In this document: piece after piece, positions 16,936 to 24,632 of the stretch
How the letters are laid out: each line of letters opens with the position of its first letter
Numbering within the stretch: the stretch's first letter is position 1
Source: Planctomycetota bacterium
GTDB lineage: Bacteria > Planctomycetota > J058
Direction of reading: 5' to 3'
Assembly: GCA_020425635.1 (NCBI GenBank)
Contig: JAGQRJ010000710.1
Coordinates: forward strand, 1-51,663
DNA length: 51,663 nt
Translations under genes and position numbers: made by a program
The notes under the pieces: generated by a model
What the model saw: only the letters and a program-made list of their open reading frames with translations
What the model was told of the DNA's origin: nothing
Databases searched by the model: none

Positions 16936-19851
16936 CTACTGAGCTCCCGTGGTGGTCTTGTAGACGTCTCCCCGTCGGGTTCCTGCGTAGAGCGTGTTGG
17001 GAGACGCAGGGTCGATCGCGAGCGCTTGGATCCGAAGGTTCGTCATGCCGCTGCTCGCGCTGGCCCAGGAAGCTCCGGAGTTCGTGCTCTTGAACACGCC
17101 GCCGTCCGTGCCGGCGTAGAGCGTGGTCGGCGTGGTCTGATTGATCGCGAGGCAGCGAACCGACAAATCAGCGAGTCCAGTGCTGACAGCCGACCACGAG
17201 GCTCCCCCATTGGCAGACACGAACACACCGCCTGCGGTTCCGGCGAAGAGGGTCGAAGGGGTGTTCTGATCGATCGCCAAAGCGCGCACGTCGAGGTTGG
17301 TGAGGTTCGTGTTCGCGGTCACCCAGGTGGTTCCGCCGTCCGTCGACTTGAACACGCCTCCAGTGGCGGTGGCTGCGTAGAGCGTCGTCGTCGTGACAGG
17401 ATCGACTCCAAGGGCTCGGACTTGCAGGTCGGCTAGCCCGGAGTTCGCCGCAGCCCACGAGGTCGCTCCGTTGGTTGACTTGAAGATTCCGTGTTGGAAC
17501 GTGCCGGCATAGACGGTCGTGGGTGTGACCGGGTCGAGCGCGAGCGCGGTGATCGTGGCGTCGGGGTTCGGCAGGAACTGATCCGTGTACGTCGTCCCTC
17601 CGTTGACGGACTTGACTACGTCTCCGTTGTTGTTGGAGCCGGCATACAGGGTTGCGGGAGCCAATGGATTCACGGCCACGCTCAGGTAGTTCTCCCCTGG
17701 TGCCTGCGTATTGGCCCAGTTGGCGCCGGAGTTCACGGTCTTGAAGACCGATCCTCTGCCTGACGTCGCGGCGTAGAGGGTCGCCGGAGCGGCGGGGTCG
17801 ACCGCCAGGGCGTGGATCCCCAGGCTCGTGAGCCCCGTGCTCGCGAGTGCCCAGGTCGCCGCCGAATCGATCGACTTGTAGACCCCGCTGTCGAAGCAGC
17901 CGGCGAACAAGGTCATTGGGGCTGCGGGGTTGATCGCGAGGGCGTAGGTCGCGCGGCGGTGGCCGGTGAGCGCCCAAGTGGCTCCCCCGTCGGTCGTCTT
18001 GAACACGCCAGCCGTGTTCGTGCCTGCATAGACGATCAGCGGATTGGCTGGATCGATCGCGAGGGACCGCACGTCGAGGTCTGAAATGCCTGTCGACGCG
18101 GAGGCCCAAGACCCGGCTGCATTGGTCGTCTTGAAGACCCCACCGTCTTCTGTGGCGGCGAACAGCGTGGCAGGGGTCAGAGGATCGATCGCGAGCCGAG
18201 AGAGGCGCGTCGTGCTGAGCCCAGTGCTCGCGGCGAACCACGAGGATCCTCCGTCGGTGCTCTTGTAAACGCCGACGCCAATCCCTGCTGCGTAGAGGGT
18301 CGTGGGCGTCGCAGGGTCGATCACGACCGTCGCAATGGAAGGCGACCCTGCCATGCCCGTGCTCGAAGCGGCCCAGGTGGTTCCGCCGTTGGTCGACTTG
18401 AACACTCGCGCGTTCCAGGTCGCCGCGTAGAGCGTCGTGGGAGTGACGGGGTCAATGGCGACATGGTTGATTCGCGGGCTGGTTACGCCAGTCGACGACA
18501 GGCTCCAGGTTGCACCGCTGTCTACGGACTTGAAGACGCCTGCGCTGAACGTGCCCGCATAGATCGTCGAGGGGGTTGCCGGGTCGATCGCGAGCGCCCG
18601 CACGTCGAGACTCGTTAGGCCGGTGCTGCTCTCCGCCCACGTGGCTCCCGCGTCGACGGACTTGAAGACCCCACTTCCGTAGGTGCCCGCGTAGAGGGTG
18701 GTCGGGGTCACAGGGTCAACCGCGAGGGCCTCGATTCGGCCACCGAAGATCCCAGTGCTCGAGGGCGACCACGCGAGGTAGGAGAAGCCGCCAGGAAGCG
18801 TACCTGACCCATAGGACGTGGTGACGACGACATTCTGCGCGCCCGCAGCCCCGGGAGGGGTCGTCCCCGTAATCGTCGCGTTGTTGACGACTACGACATT
18901 CAGGAGGGGAGAGCCGCCCACGCTCACGCTCGAGTTGCCGTAGAAGTTGCTCCCGCTGACGGTGACGTTCGTTCCTCCGACCGTGGGGCCAGAAGGCGGC
19001 GACACCGAGCTGACGACGGGCGGGGGCGGAGTGACGAAGTCAACCGAGGTCTGGGCTAGGGGCGTCAACGCGTTCGGACCCAAGGCGTCCACCGTCGCAG
19101 AGACGACCGAGGTTCCGACAGCAGTGCTGATCACCTGGGCCTGAACTTGACCGCTGGAGTTGCTGGGGCTGGAGGGCTGAATCACCGACCCCAGGGTGGC
19201 AGACAGAGTCACTGTCCTGCCCGCTAGGGGGCTCCCTGCTGCGTCCAGCAGCGTGACGGTAAGTGTGGAGGAAGCCAGGCCGTCTGCATAGACAGAGCTC
19301 GGCGCGGCCGCGACGGTCGAAAGCGAACCGCTGACGGGCTCCGGGCGAAGTGCGCCCATGAACGTCGAGAACGAGCTGACGCTGACCGTGACGGTGTTGT
19401 TTGCTGCGTCGCGACCTATCGGGACGAGCTCCGTGACGACGTTCGTCGTGTCGTCCCTGTGGAGCACAACGATCTCGTTGATCGTCTTGCCTGCAGGCAC
19501 CACGACCGGAATCGTGACGGTGACTGGGATCGAGAACACGGTCCCGCTGGGACCAAACTGAACTGCTGGGCCGGCGGCCGTGTGGATCCCGTTGCTGATC
19601 GTGGAGCTCGCAGAGATCGTCACGTTCAGGGTCGTGCTCACGGCGTTCGCGGGGACCGTAACGGTCGACCCGCTCGCGCTTCCGCTCTGCAGGGTTACCG
19701 TGCCGCCTGCCGCGCCTACGAGTCCGCTTCCGTCTGCTGGCGGTGGGGCGCTGCCCCCACCAGAGCCACCTCCTCCACCGCAGCCCGCCGCGACGAGGCC
19801 GCACGCGGCAAGCACAGTTGCACCGAGCAGAAGGTGAACTCTGGTCTTCAT
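16936..19851 (-). CDS. Large lipoprotein with Ig-like (Big_1-type) and IPT/TIG domains plus 14 BNR/Asp-box-like propeller repeats (971 aa)
   Basis: Lipobox: MKTRVHLLLGATVLAACGLVAAG/C, followed by a Gly-rich linker. Big-type segment: ...STLTVTLLDAAGSPLAGRTVTLSA.... IPT/TIG segment: SVSPPSGPTVGGTNVTVSGSNF. Fourteen units of about 45 aa follow, of the form YAGT..GVFKS.DGGATW......L....V.ALAIDP..P.TLYAGT. Start is ATG 19851 (alternative 19872). The upstream 497 codons of the tracked ORF are an antisense shadow of the kinase gene. Confidence 0.85.
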   Translation of the reverse strand: MKTRVHLLLGATVLAACGLVAAGCGGGGGSGGGSAPPPADGSGLVGAAGGTVTLQSGSASGSTVTVPANAVSTTLNVTISASSTISNGIHTAAGPAVQFGPSGTVFSIPVTVTIPVVVPAGKTINEIVVLHRDDTTNVVTELVPIGRDAANNTVTVSVSSFSTFMGALRPEPVSGSLSTVAAAPSSVYADGLASSTLTVTLLDAAGSPLAGRTVTLSATLGSVIQPSSPSNSSGQVQAQVISTAVGTSVVSATVDALGPNALTPLAQTSVDFVTPPPPVVSSVSPPSGPTVGGTNVTVSGSNFYGNSSVSVGGSPLLNVVVVNNATITGTTPPGAAGAQNVVVTTSYGSGTLPGGFSYLAWSPSSTGIFGGRIEALAVDPVTPTTLYAGTYGSGVFKSVDAGATWAESSTGLTSLDVRALAIDPATPSTIYAGTFSAGVFKSVDSGATWSLSSTGVTSPRINHVAIDPVTPTTLYAATWNARVFKSTNGGTTWAASSTGMAGSPSIATVVIDPATPTTLYAAGIGVGVYKSTDGGSSWFAASTGLSTTRLSRLAIDPLTPATLFAATEDGGVFKTTNAAGSWASASTGISDLDVRSLAIDPANPLIVYAGTNTAGVFKTTDGGATWALTGHRRATYALAINPAAPMTLFAGCFDSGVYKSIDSAATWALASTGLTSLGIHALAVDPAAPATLYAATSGRGSVFKTVNSGANWANTQAPGENYLSVAVNPLAPATLYAGSNNNGDVVKSVNGGTTYTDQFLPNPDATITALALDPVTPTTVYAGTFQHGIFKSTNGATSWAAANSGLADLQVRALGVDPVTTTTLYAATATGGVFKSTDGGTTWVTANTNLTNLDVRALAIDQNTPSTLFAGTAGGVFVSANGGASWSAVSTGLADLSVRCLAINQTTPTTLYAGTDGGVFKSTNSGASWASASSGMTNLRIQALAIDPASPNTLYAGTRRGDVYKTTTGAQ

Positions 19852-20250
19852 GCGCTTGCCCCCGGCCAGCATGCTGGCACCGCCGATTGGGCCGCGCAAG
19901 CAGATCGCAGAGGCCCCTCCTGGAGCGCGACTGCGCCTGGAGCGCGACCTCGTGCGGTGGGGAAAGCGAACCTCCGCGGCGGACTCGGCCACCTTCTCCG
20001 ACCCGCGGGCTACGCTGAGCGTCGTCGAGGAGCGGTCCATGACCCCCCAGGAGCGAGCGACCCCGGAGCGCTGAAGCGGATCTTGCGCCGGCGAGCGCGG
20101 CCGAGTCCTCCACTCGGGGGGTCGACTGTATAGGTTTCCTGGCCCCGCGCAGCGTCGTAAGTCAAGGGGTAGCAGTTGGCCATGGGGCTCCTGGGCCAGG
20201 TCTCTCGATCTATACCTGGACAGTATGTAGACAGTCGCTACCCTCTCAGC

Positions 20251-21252
20251 ATGGCCCACCTCACCTGGACGACGCGAACTCGAGACGGCGACGACCCGAC
20301 CCTGCCCGTCTGCCTGCCGAGCGACGAGACCATTGACCTGCCGCCCCAGCCTGCGCCCTTCGTGGCCTTGCCGGCCCCGTCGGAGCGGCCCTGGCTGTCG
20401 GGCTTCAGGGTCGAGGCCGAGCTCGGTCGCGGCTCCATGGGCCGGGTGTATCGCGCCTACGACCTCATGCGCAAGCGCGCGGTGGCGCTCAAGGTCTCCT
20501 CCGAGGCGAGCGCCGACGCGCGGGCGCGGGTGCTCGCCGAGGCGGAGCTGCAGGCGCAGCTGCTGCACCCGGCGATCCCTCGGGTGCTCGGGCAGGGGGC
20601 GCTGCCCGACGGGCGCGGCTACCTCCTGCAAGACCTCGTCCACGGCGCGCGCTCGCTGAGCGACGCGGCGCGGGGCGCCCGCCAGGCCCACGTGGTCCTC
20701 TGGGCCGCGCGCGCGGCGGAGGCCCTGGCGGAAGCCCACGGCCGCTGCGTGGCGCACGGAGACGTCAAGCCGGAGAACCTGCTCGTCGACGCCCACGGGC
20801 GCGTGTTCGTGATCGACTGGGGCGTGGCGCGCCTGGGTCGCTGCGAGCGGCGCTCCTCCGCGCGGCTGAGCCCGAGCCTGGAGGAGTTCGCCGAGCGGCA
20901 AGGGAGCTGGGTGCAGGGCACCCTGGCCTACATGCCCCCGGAGACCCTGCAGGGCCACCCCGGTCCGGCCTCGGACGTCTACTCCCTCGCGCTGAGCATG
21001 GTCGAGGCCTTCGGCGGCGAGCACCCCTTCGTGCGGCTCATGGACGACGCGAACCGCGTCGTGAAGCGGGTCCTCTACGGCCCCGCGGTCTGCCCCCCCG
21101 CCGGACTGCAGCCCGCGCTGGGCGAGCTCCTGCGCCGCTGCCTGGACAAGGACCCCGCCGCGCGCCCCACGAGCCTCGAGCTCGCCGAGGGCCTGCGCGC
21201 CTTCGCCGGAGGCACGCGCCCCGGCCCGCTGCGCTCCCGCGCCGGCGCCTGA
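20251..21252 (+). CDS. Small soluble Ser/Thr protein kinase, non-RD type (333 aa)
   Basis: Motifs: GRGSMGRVYRAYD, AVALKV, HGDVKPENLL (HGD in place of HRD), IDWGVARL, GTLAYMPPE. The start is uncertain: ATG 20251, or an upstream in-frame start at 20176. Confidence 0.8.
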   Translation: MAHLTWTTRTRDGDDPTLPVCLPSDETIDLPPQPAPFVALPAPSERPWLSGFRVEAELGRGSMGRVYRAYDLMRKRAVALKVSSEASADARARVLAEAELQAQLLHPAIPRVLGQGALPDGRGYLLQDLVHGARSLSDAARGARQAHVVLWAARAAEALAEAHGRCVAHGDVKPENLLVDAHGRVFVIDWGVARLGRCERRSSARLSPSLEEFAERQGSWVQGTLAYMPPETLQGHPGPASDVYSLALSMVEAFGGEHPFVRLMDDANRVVKRVLYGPAVCPPAGLQPALGELLRRCLDKDPAARPTSLELAEGLRAFAGGTRPGPLRSRAGA

Positions 21253-21348
21253 GTCGCTCGACCCCCATTGGCCGCGCAGGGAGCGCTGGCGCCAGGCACC
21301 CAGCCGGCCCCGCCCCGGGCAACGCCGCGGGCGGCCCCCCACCTCGGC

Positions 21349-24300
21349 TTAAGAGCAGCCCATGCTGCTGCCGCAGTTGAGGCAGCGGTAGCAGGTGCCG
21401 TTGCGCACGGTGGTGTGCCCACAGGCAGAGCACAGTGGGCCGTCACCCAGGCTGCTCAAATGGGCCTCGCTGGCACTGGCTACCGCGGCGCTCTGGACAG
21501 CCTGTTGGTCGAGCTGCGCGGGCTTCACGTGCACCAGGTCGTCGCGATCGAGGTACTCGAAGGCGAGCAGGCGAAACAGGACGTCCATGACCGACGTGGC
21601 GACCTTGATGTTCGGGTGCCCCTCCACCAGTCCCTGCGGCTCGAAGCGAGTGAACGTAAACGCCGAGACGAACTCCTCGAGCGGCACCCCGTGTTGGAGC
21701 CCCATCGAGACCGAGATCGCGAAGCAGTTCATCAGGCTGCGGAGGGTCGCACCCTCCTTGTGCATGTCGATGAACACCTCGCCCAAGGTCCCGTCTTCGT
21801 ACTCCCCGGTCCGAATGTAGACCTTCTGCCCGCCGACCTTGATCTCCTGCAGGAAGCCGCCAGGACGCCGCTTCGGGAGCGGGCGCCGCGCGGGTGCACG
21901 CGGAGTCCGAGCGGCCCCCGCGGAGGCGCCTGCGGACTCCTTGGCTCGGGCCTTGGACTGGAGGACCTGACTGCCCTTGCTCCCGTCACGGTAGACCGCC
22001 ACGGCCTTGAGCCCCATCTTCCAGGCAGAGAGGTAGATCTCCTCGATCTCCTCGACCGTGGTCTCGTTGGGCAGGTTGCAGGTCTTGGAGATCGCGCCGC
22101 TGAGGAACGGCTGGACCGCAGCCATCAGCCGCACGTGGCCCATCGGAGGAATGAAGCGCACGCCCTGGGCACCGCAGCGGTTCGCGCAGTCGAAGACGGG
22201 CAAGTGCTCGTCTCGGAGGTACGGCGCCCCTTCGATGGTCATCCGGCCGCAGATCACCTCTTCGGCTGCCTGGATCTCTTCCTGGCCGAAGCCGACATGA
22301 GCCAGGAGGTCGAAGGTCGGGTCGCCGCTCCTTTCGGCGGCCTTCAGTCGGGAGAAGCAGGCCGCGCCCAAGACCCTTGGCGTGAAGGCGTGGCGTAGCT
22401 CGTAGGCTCCGGGCATCGCCGCCTCGGCGGCAGCGACCTCCTCGGGAAGGAAGCCCTTGGCCAGCAGCGAGCGACGGTTGACGCAGGGGGTCCCTTCGAA
22501 GGTCCACGACCCACGCACGTAGTCGACGATCGCCTGCACCTGACTTTGCGTGTACCCCAGCGTGGTCAAGGCGCGGGCGACCGACGTGTTGACGATCTTG
22601 AAGCTCCCGCCTCCAGCCAGCTTCTTGAACTTCACCAGGCTGAACTCGGGCTCGACGCCTGTGGTGTCGCAGTCCATGAGCAGCCCGATCGTCCCGGTCG
22701 GGGCGAGCACGGTCGCCTGCGCGTTGCGCAGCCCGTGCTCCATGACCTGCGCGAGCACGTCGTCCCACACCCGCTGCGCGACCCGGGTTAGCTCAGGGAG
22801 GCGAGTCGTGCCCAGCCGGTAGGCGGCGTCACGGTGTTTGTGCATGACCTTGAGCACCGAGCCCCGGTTGGGCTCGTAGGCGGGAAAGGGCCCCTTGGTG
22901 GCGGCCATGCGCGCGGAGGTCTCGTAGGCGGTCCCCGTCATGATCGCGGTCAGGACCGCGGCGACCTCACGAGCCTCGTTGCTGTCGTAGGGCAGGCCCA
23001 GGGTCATGAGCAGCGAGCCCAGGTTCGCGTATCCCAGCCCAAGCGGGCGCAGCTCGTGGGTGCGCTGGGCGATCTCCTTCGCCGGGTAGCTGGCGTAATC
23101 CACCAGGATCTCCTGCGCCATGAAGAACACGGAGCACGCGTGTCGGTAGCCCTCGACGTCGAAGCTCCCGTCATCGCCGAGGAACTTGAGCAGGTTGATC
23201 GAGGCCAGGTTGCAGGAGGTCTCGTCGAGGAAGCTGAACTCCGAGCAAGGATTGGTGGCGTTGATCCGGCCCGTCGCGCTGACTGTGTTCCACTCGTTGC
23301 AGGTCGTGTCGAACTGCATTCCCGGGTCGGCGCAGCGCCAGGCAGCCTGCGCGATCTCGCGCATCAGCTCGCGGGCCTTGTAGGTCTTGGCGACCTGGCC
23401 GTTGGTGCGCCACGTTGTGCTCCACTTCCCGTCGGTGGTCACCGCCTGCATGAAGGCGTCGCTGGCCCGGACGGAGTTGTTGGCGTTTTGCCCGCTGATC
23501 GTGCGGTAGGCCTCGCCGTTGAAGTCGGAGTCGTAGCCTGCCTCAATGAGCGCCAGGGCCTTGTCTTCCTCTTTGGCCTTCCAGCGGATGAACTCGACGA
23601 CGTCTGGGTGGTCCATGTCGACGCACACCATTTTCGCCGCCCGGCGGGTGGTTCCGCCGCTCTTGATCGCGCCCGCCGCGCGGTCGTAGACCTCGAGGAA
23701 CGAGATCAGGCCCGAGGAGTGCCCGCCGCCGGAGAGGAGCTCGTCCTTGGCGCGCAGCCGAGAGAAGTTGCCCCCGGTCCCCGAGCCGAACTTGAACAAG
23801 CGCATTTCGCGCTGAATGCCCGAGGCGATGTCCATCAGGTCGTCCTGCACCGACTGGATGAAGCAGGCCGAGACCTGGGGGCGTTCGTAGGAGCTCCGGG
23901 TCTCGCGGACGGTCTGACTGGCCTCGTCCCAAGCCCAGGAGCCCGTTGGATTGCCCTTGATTCCGTAGGCCTCGGCGAGGCCGGTGTTGAACCACACCGG
24001 GCTGTTGAACGCGCCCACCTGACGGATGAGCATCGCGCTCAGCTCGTCCTCGAAGGCCTGCGCGTCCTGTGCGGTGGCGAAGTAGCCGCCTTGCCGCTCC
24101 CCAGCCTGACGCACCGCGTGAGTGATCCGCCGCACCACCTGCTCGGCGGAGGTCTCGTGCCCCGTGCCTGGGACTCCTGCCTTGCGGAAGTATTTCGAGA
24201 CCATGATGTCGGTCGCCAACTGGCTGAAGCTCGCTGGAACCCGGACGTCTTGCATCTCGAACACCACCGACCCGTCAGGGTTCTGGATCACCGCCCGGCG

Positions 24301-24444
24301 GGTCTCGTACTCCACCCCCGCGAAGGGGCTCTCACCGGCCGCGCAGTAGCGTCGCCCGATCGTCAGGCCACCTTTCATCGGCAGGGCGAGTGGCTCGTCG
24401 GAGCGGGCGGTCTTGGTCGACGCGGTGTTTGCGATCGGGGTCAC
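21349..24444 (-). CDS. nrdJ: Class II (adenosylcobalamin-dependent) ribonucleotide reductase (1031 aa)
   Basis: Full-length match to my memory of NrdJ architecture (N-terminal ...VEYETRRAVIQNPDGSVVFEMQDVRVPASFSQLATDIMVSKYFRKAG...). C-terminal Cys-rich tail: CSACGHTTVRNGTCYRCLNCGSSMGCS. GTG 24444 is preceded by AAGGGAG. Confidence 0.9.
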   Translation of the reverse strand: MTPIANTASTKTARSDEPLALPMKGGLTIGRRYCAAGESPFAGVEYETRRAVIQNPDGSVVFEMQDVRVPASFSQLATDIMVSKYFRKAGVPGTGHETSAEQVVRRITHAVRQAGERQGGYFATAQDAQAFEDELSAMLIRQVGAFNSPVWFNTGLAEAYGIKGNPTGSWAWDEASQTVRETRSSYERPQVSACFIQSVQDDLMDIASGIQREMRLFKFGSGTGGNFSRLRAKDELLSGGGHSSGLISFLEVYDRAAGAIKSGGTTRRAAKMVCVDMDHPDVVEFIRWKAKEEDKALALIEAGYDSDFNGEAYRTISGQNANNSVRASDAFMQAVTTDGKWSTTWRTNGQVAKTYKARELMREIAQAAWRCADPGMQFDTTCNEWNTVSATGRINATNPCSEFSFLDETSCNLASINLLKFLGDDGSFDVEGYRHACSVFFMAQEILVDYASYPAKEIAQRTHELRPLGLGYANLGSLLMTLGLPYDSNEAREVAAVLTAIMTGTAYETSARMAATKGPFPAYEPNRGSVLKVMHKHRDAAYRLGTTRLPELTRVAQRVWDDVLAQVMEHGLRNAQATVLAPTGTIGLLMDCDTTGVEPEFSLVKFKKLAGGGSFKIVNTSVARALTTLGYTQSQVQAIVDYVRGSWTFEGTPCVNRRSLLAKGFLPEEVAAAEAAMPGAYELRHAFTPRVLGAACFSRLKAAERSGDPTFDLLAHVGFGQEEIQAAEEVICGRMTIEGAPYLRDEHLPVFDCANRCGAQGVRFIPPMGHVRLMAAVQPFLSGAISKTCNLPNETTVEEIEEIYLSAWKMGLKAVAVYRDGSKGSQVLQSKARAKESAGASAGAARTPRAPARRPLPKRRPGGFLQEIKVGGQKVYIRTGEYEDGTLGEVFIDMHKEGATLRSLMNCFAISVSMGLQHGVPLEEFVSAFTFTRFEPQGLVEGHPNIKVATSVMDVLFRLLAFEYLDRDDLVHVKPAQLDQQAVQSAAVASASEAHLSSLGDGPLCSACGHTTVRNGTCYRCLNCGSSMGCS

Positions 24445-24632
24445 TGGGGGCTCCCTTGGAGGGCGGGTGGGCAGCGCCCAAGGTAGCCATCCGGACCGAC
24501 ACTCCGCAGAAGCCTCCGCGGCGTCGGGTCCTCATGAAGGCGAGGAACCAAGCGGGTTTGCGGGCGGTCGCTGCGCGCCGCAGGAACTATTCTGCTGTCT
24601 CGAGGGAGGCCGGGTGGCCGCCGCTACGAGGC

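Noticed and set aside
19875-19890. A perfect TGGCAC hexamer is followed by cgccga-TTGG, resembling a sigma54 promoter pointing toward the small kinase.
   Set aside because: The spacer is one nt too long, and the -12 GC dinucleotide is GG. It also lies about 370 nt from the nearest plus-strand start.
19852-21342. An upstream extension of the lipoprotein ORF (tracked as 16936..21342, 1468 aa).
   Set aside because: The extension is antisense to the well-supported kinase gene and has no motifs. A canonical lipoprotein signal peptide begins at ATG 19851.
21349-24444. Whether the large size of NrdJ (1031 aa) reflects an intein or mobile insertion.
   Set aside because: I saw no intein splice-junction blocks or homing-endonuclease motifs. 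The extra length is an Ala/Arg/Pro-rich linker plus the usual C-terminal Cys-rich tail. An HMM search would confirm.
24445-24632. A possible cobalamin riboswitch or NrdR box in the nrdJ leader.
   Set aside because: By eye I could not find a B12-box-like core (GCCACUG or AGYCMGG-type) or a palindromic NrdR box (acaCwAtATaTwGtgt). The only AT-containing stretch, CAGCAGAATAGTTCC, matches the NrdR consensus poorly. A cmscan would be decisive.
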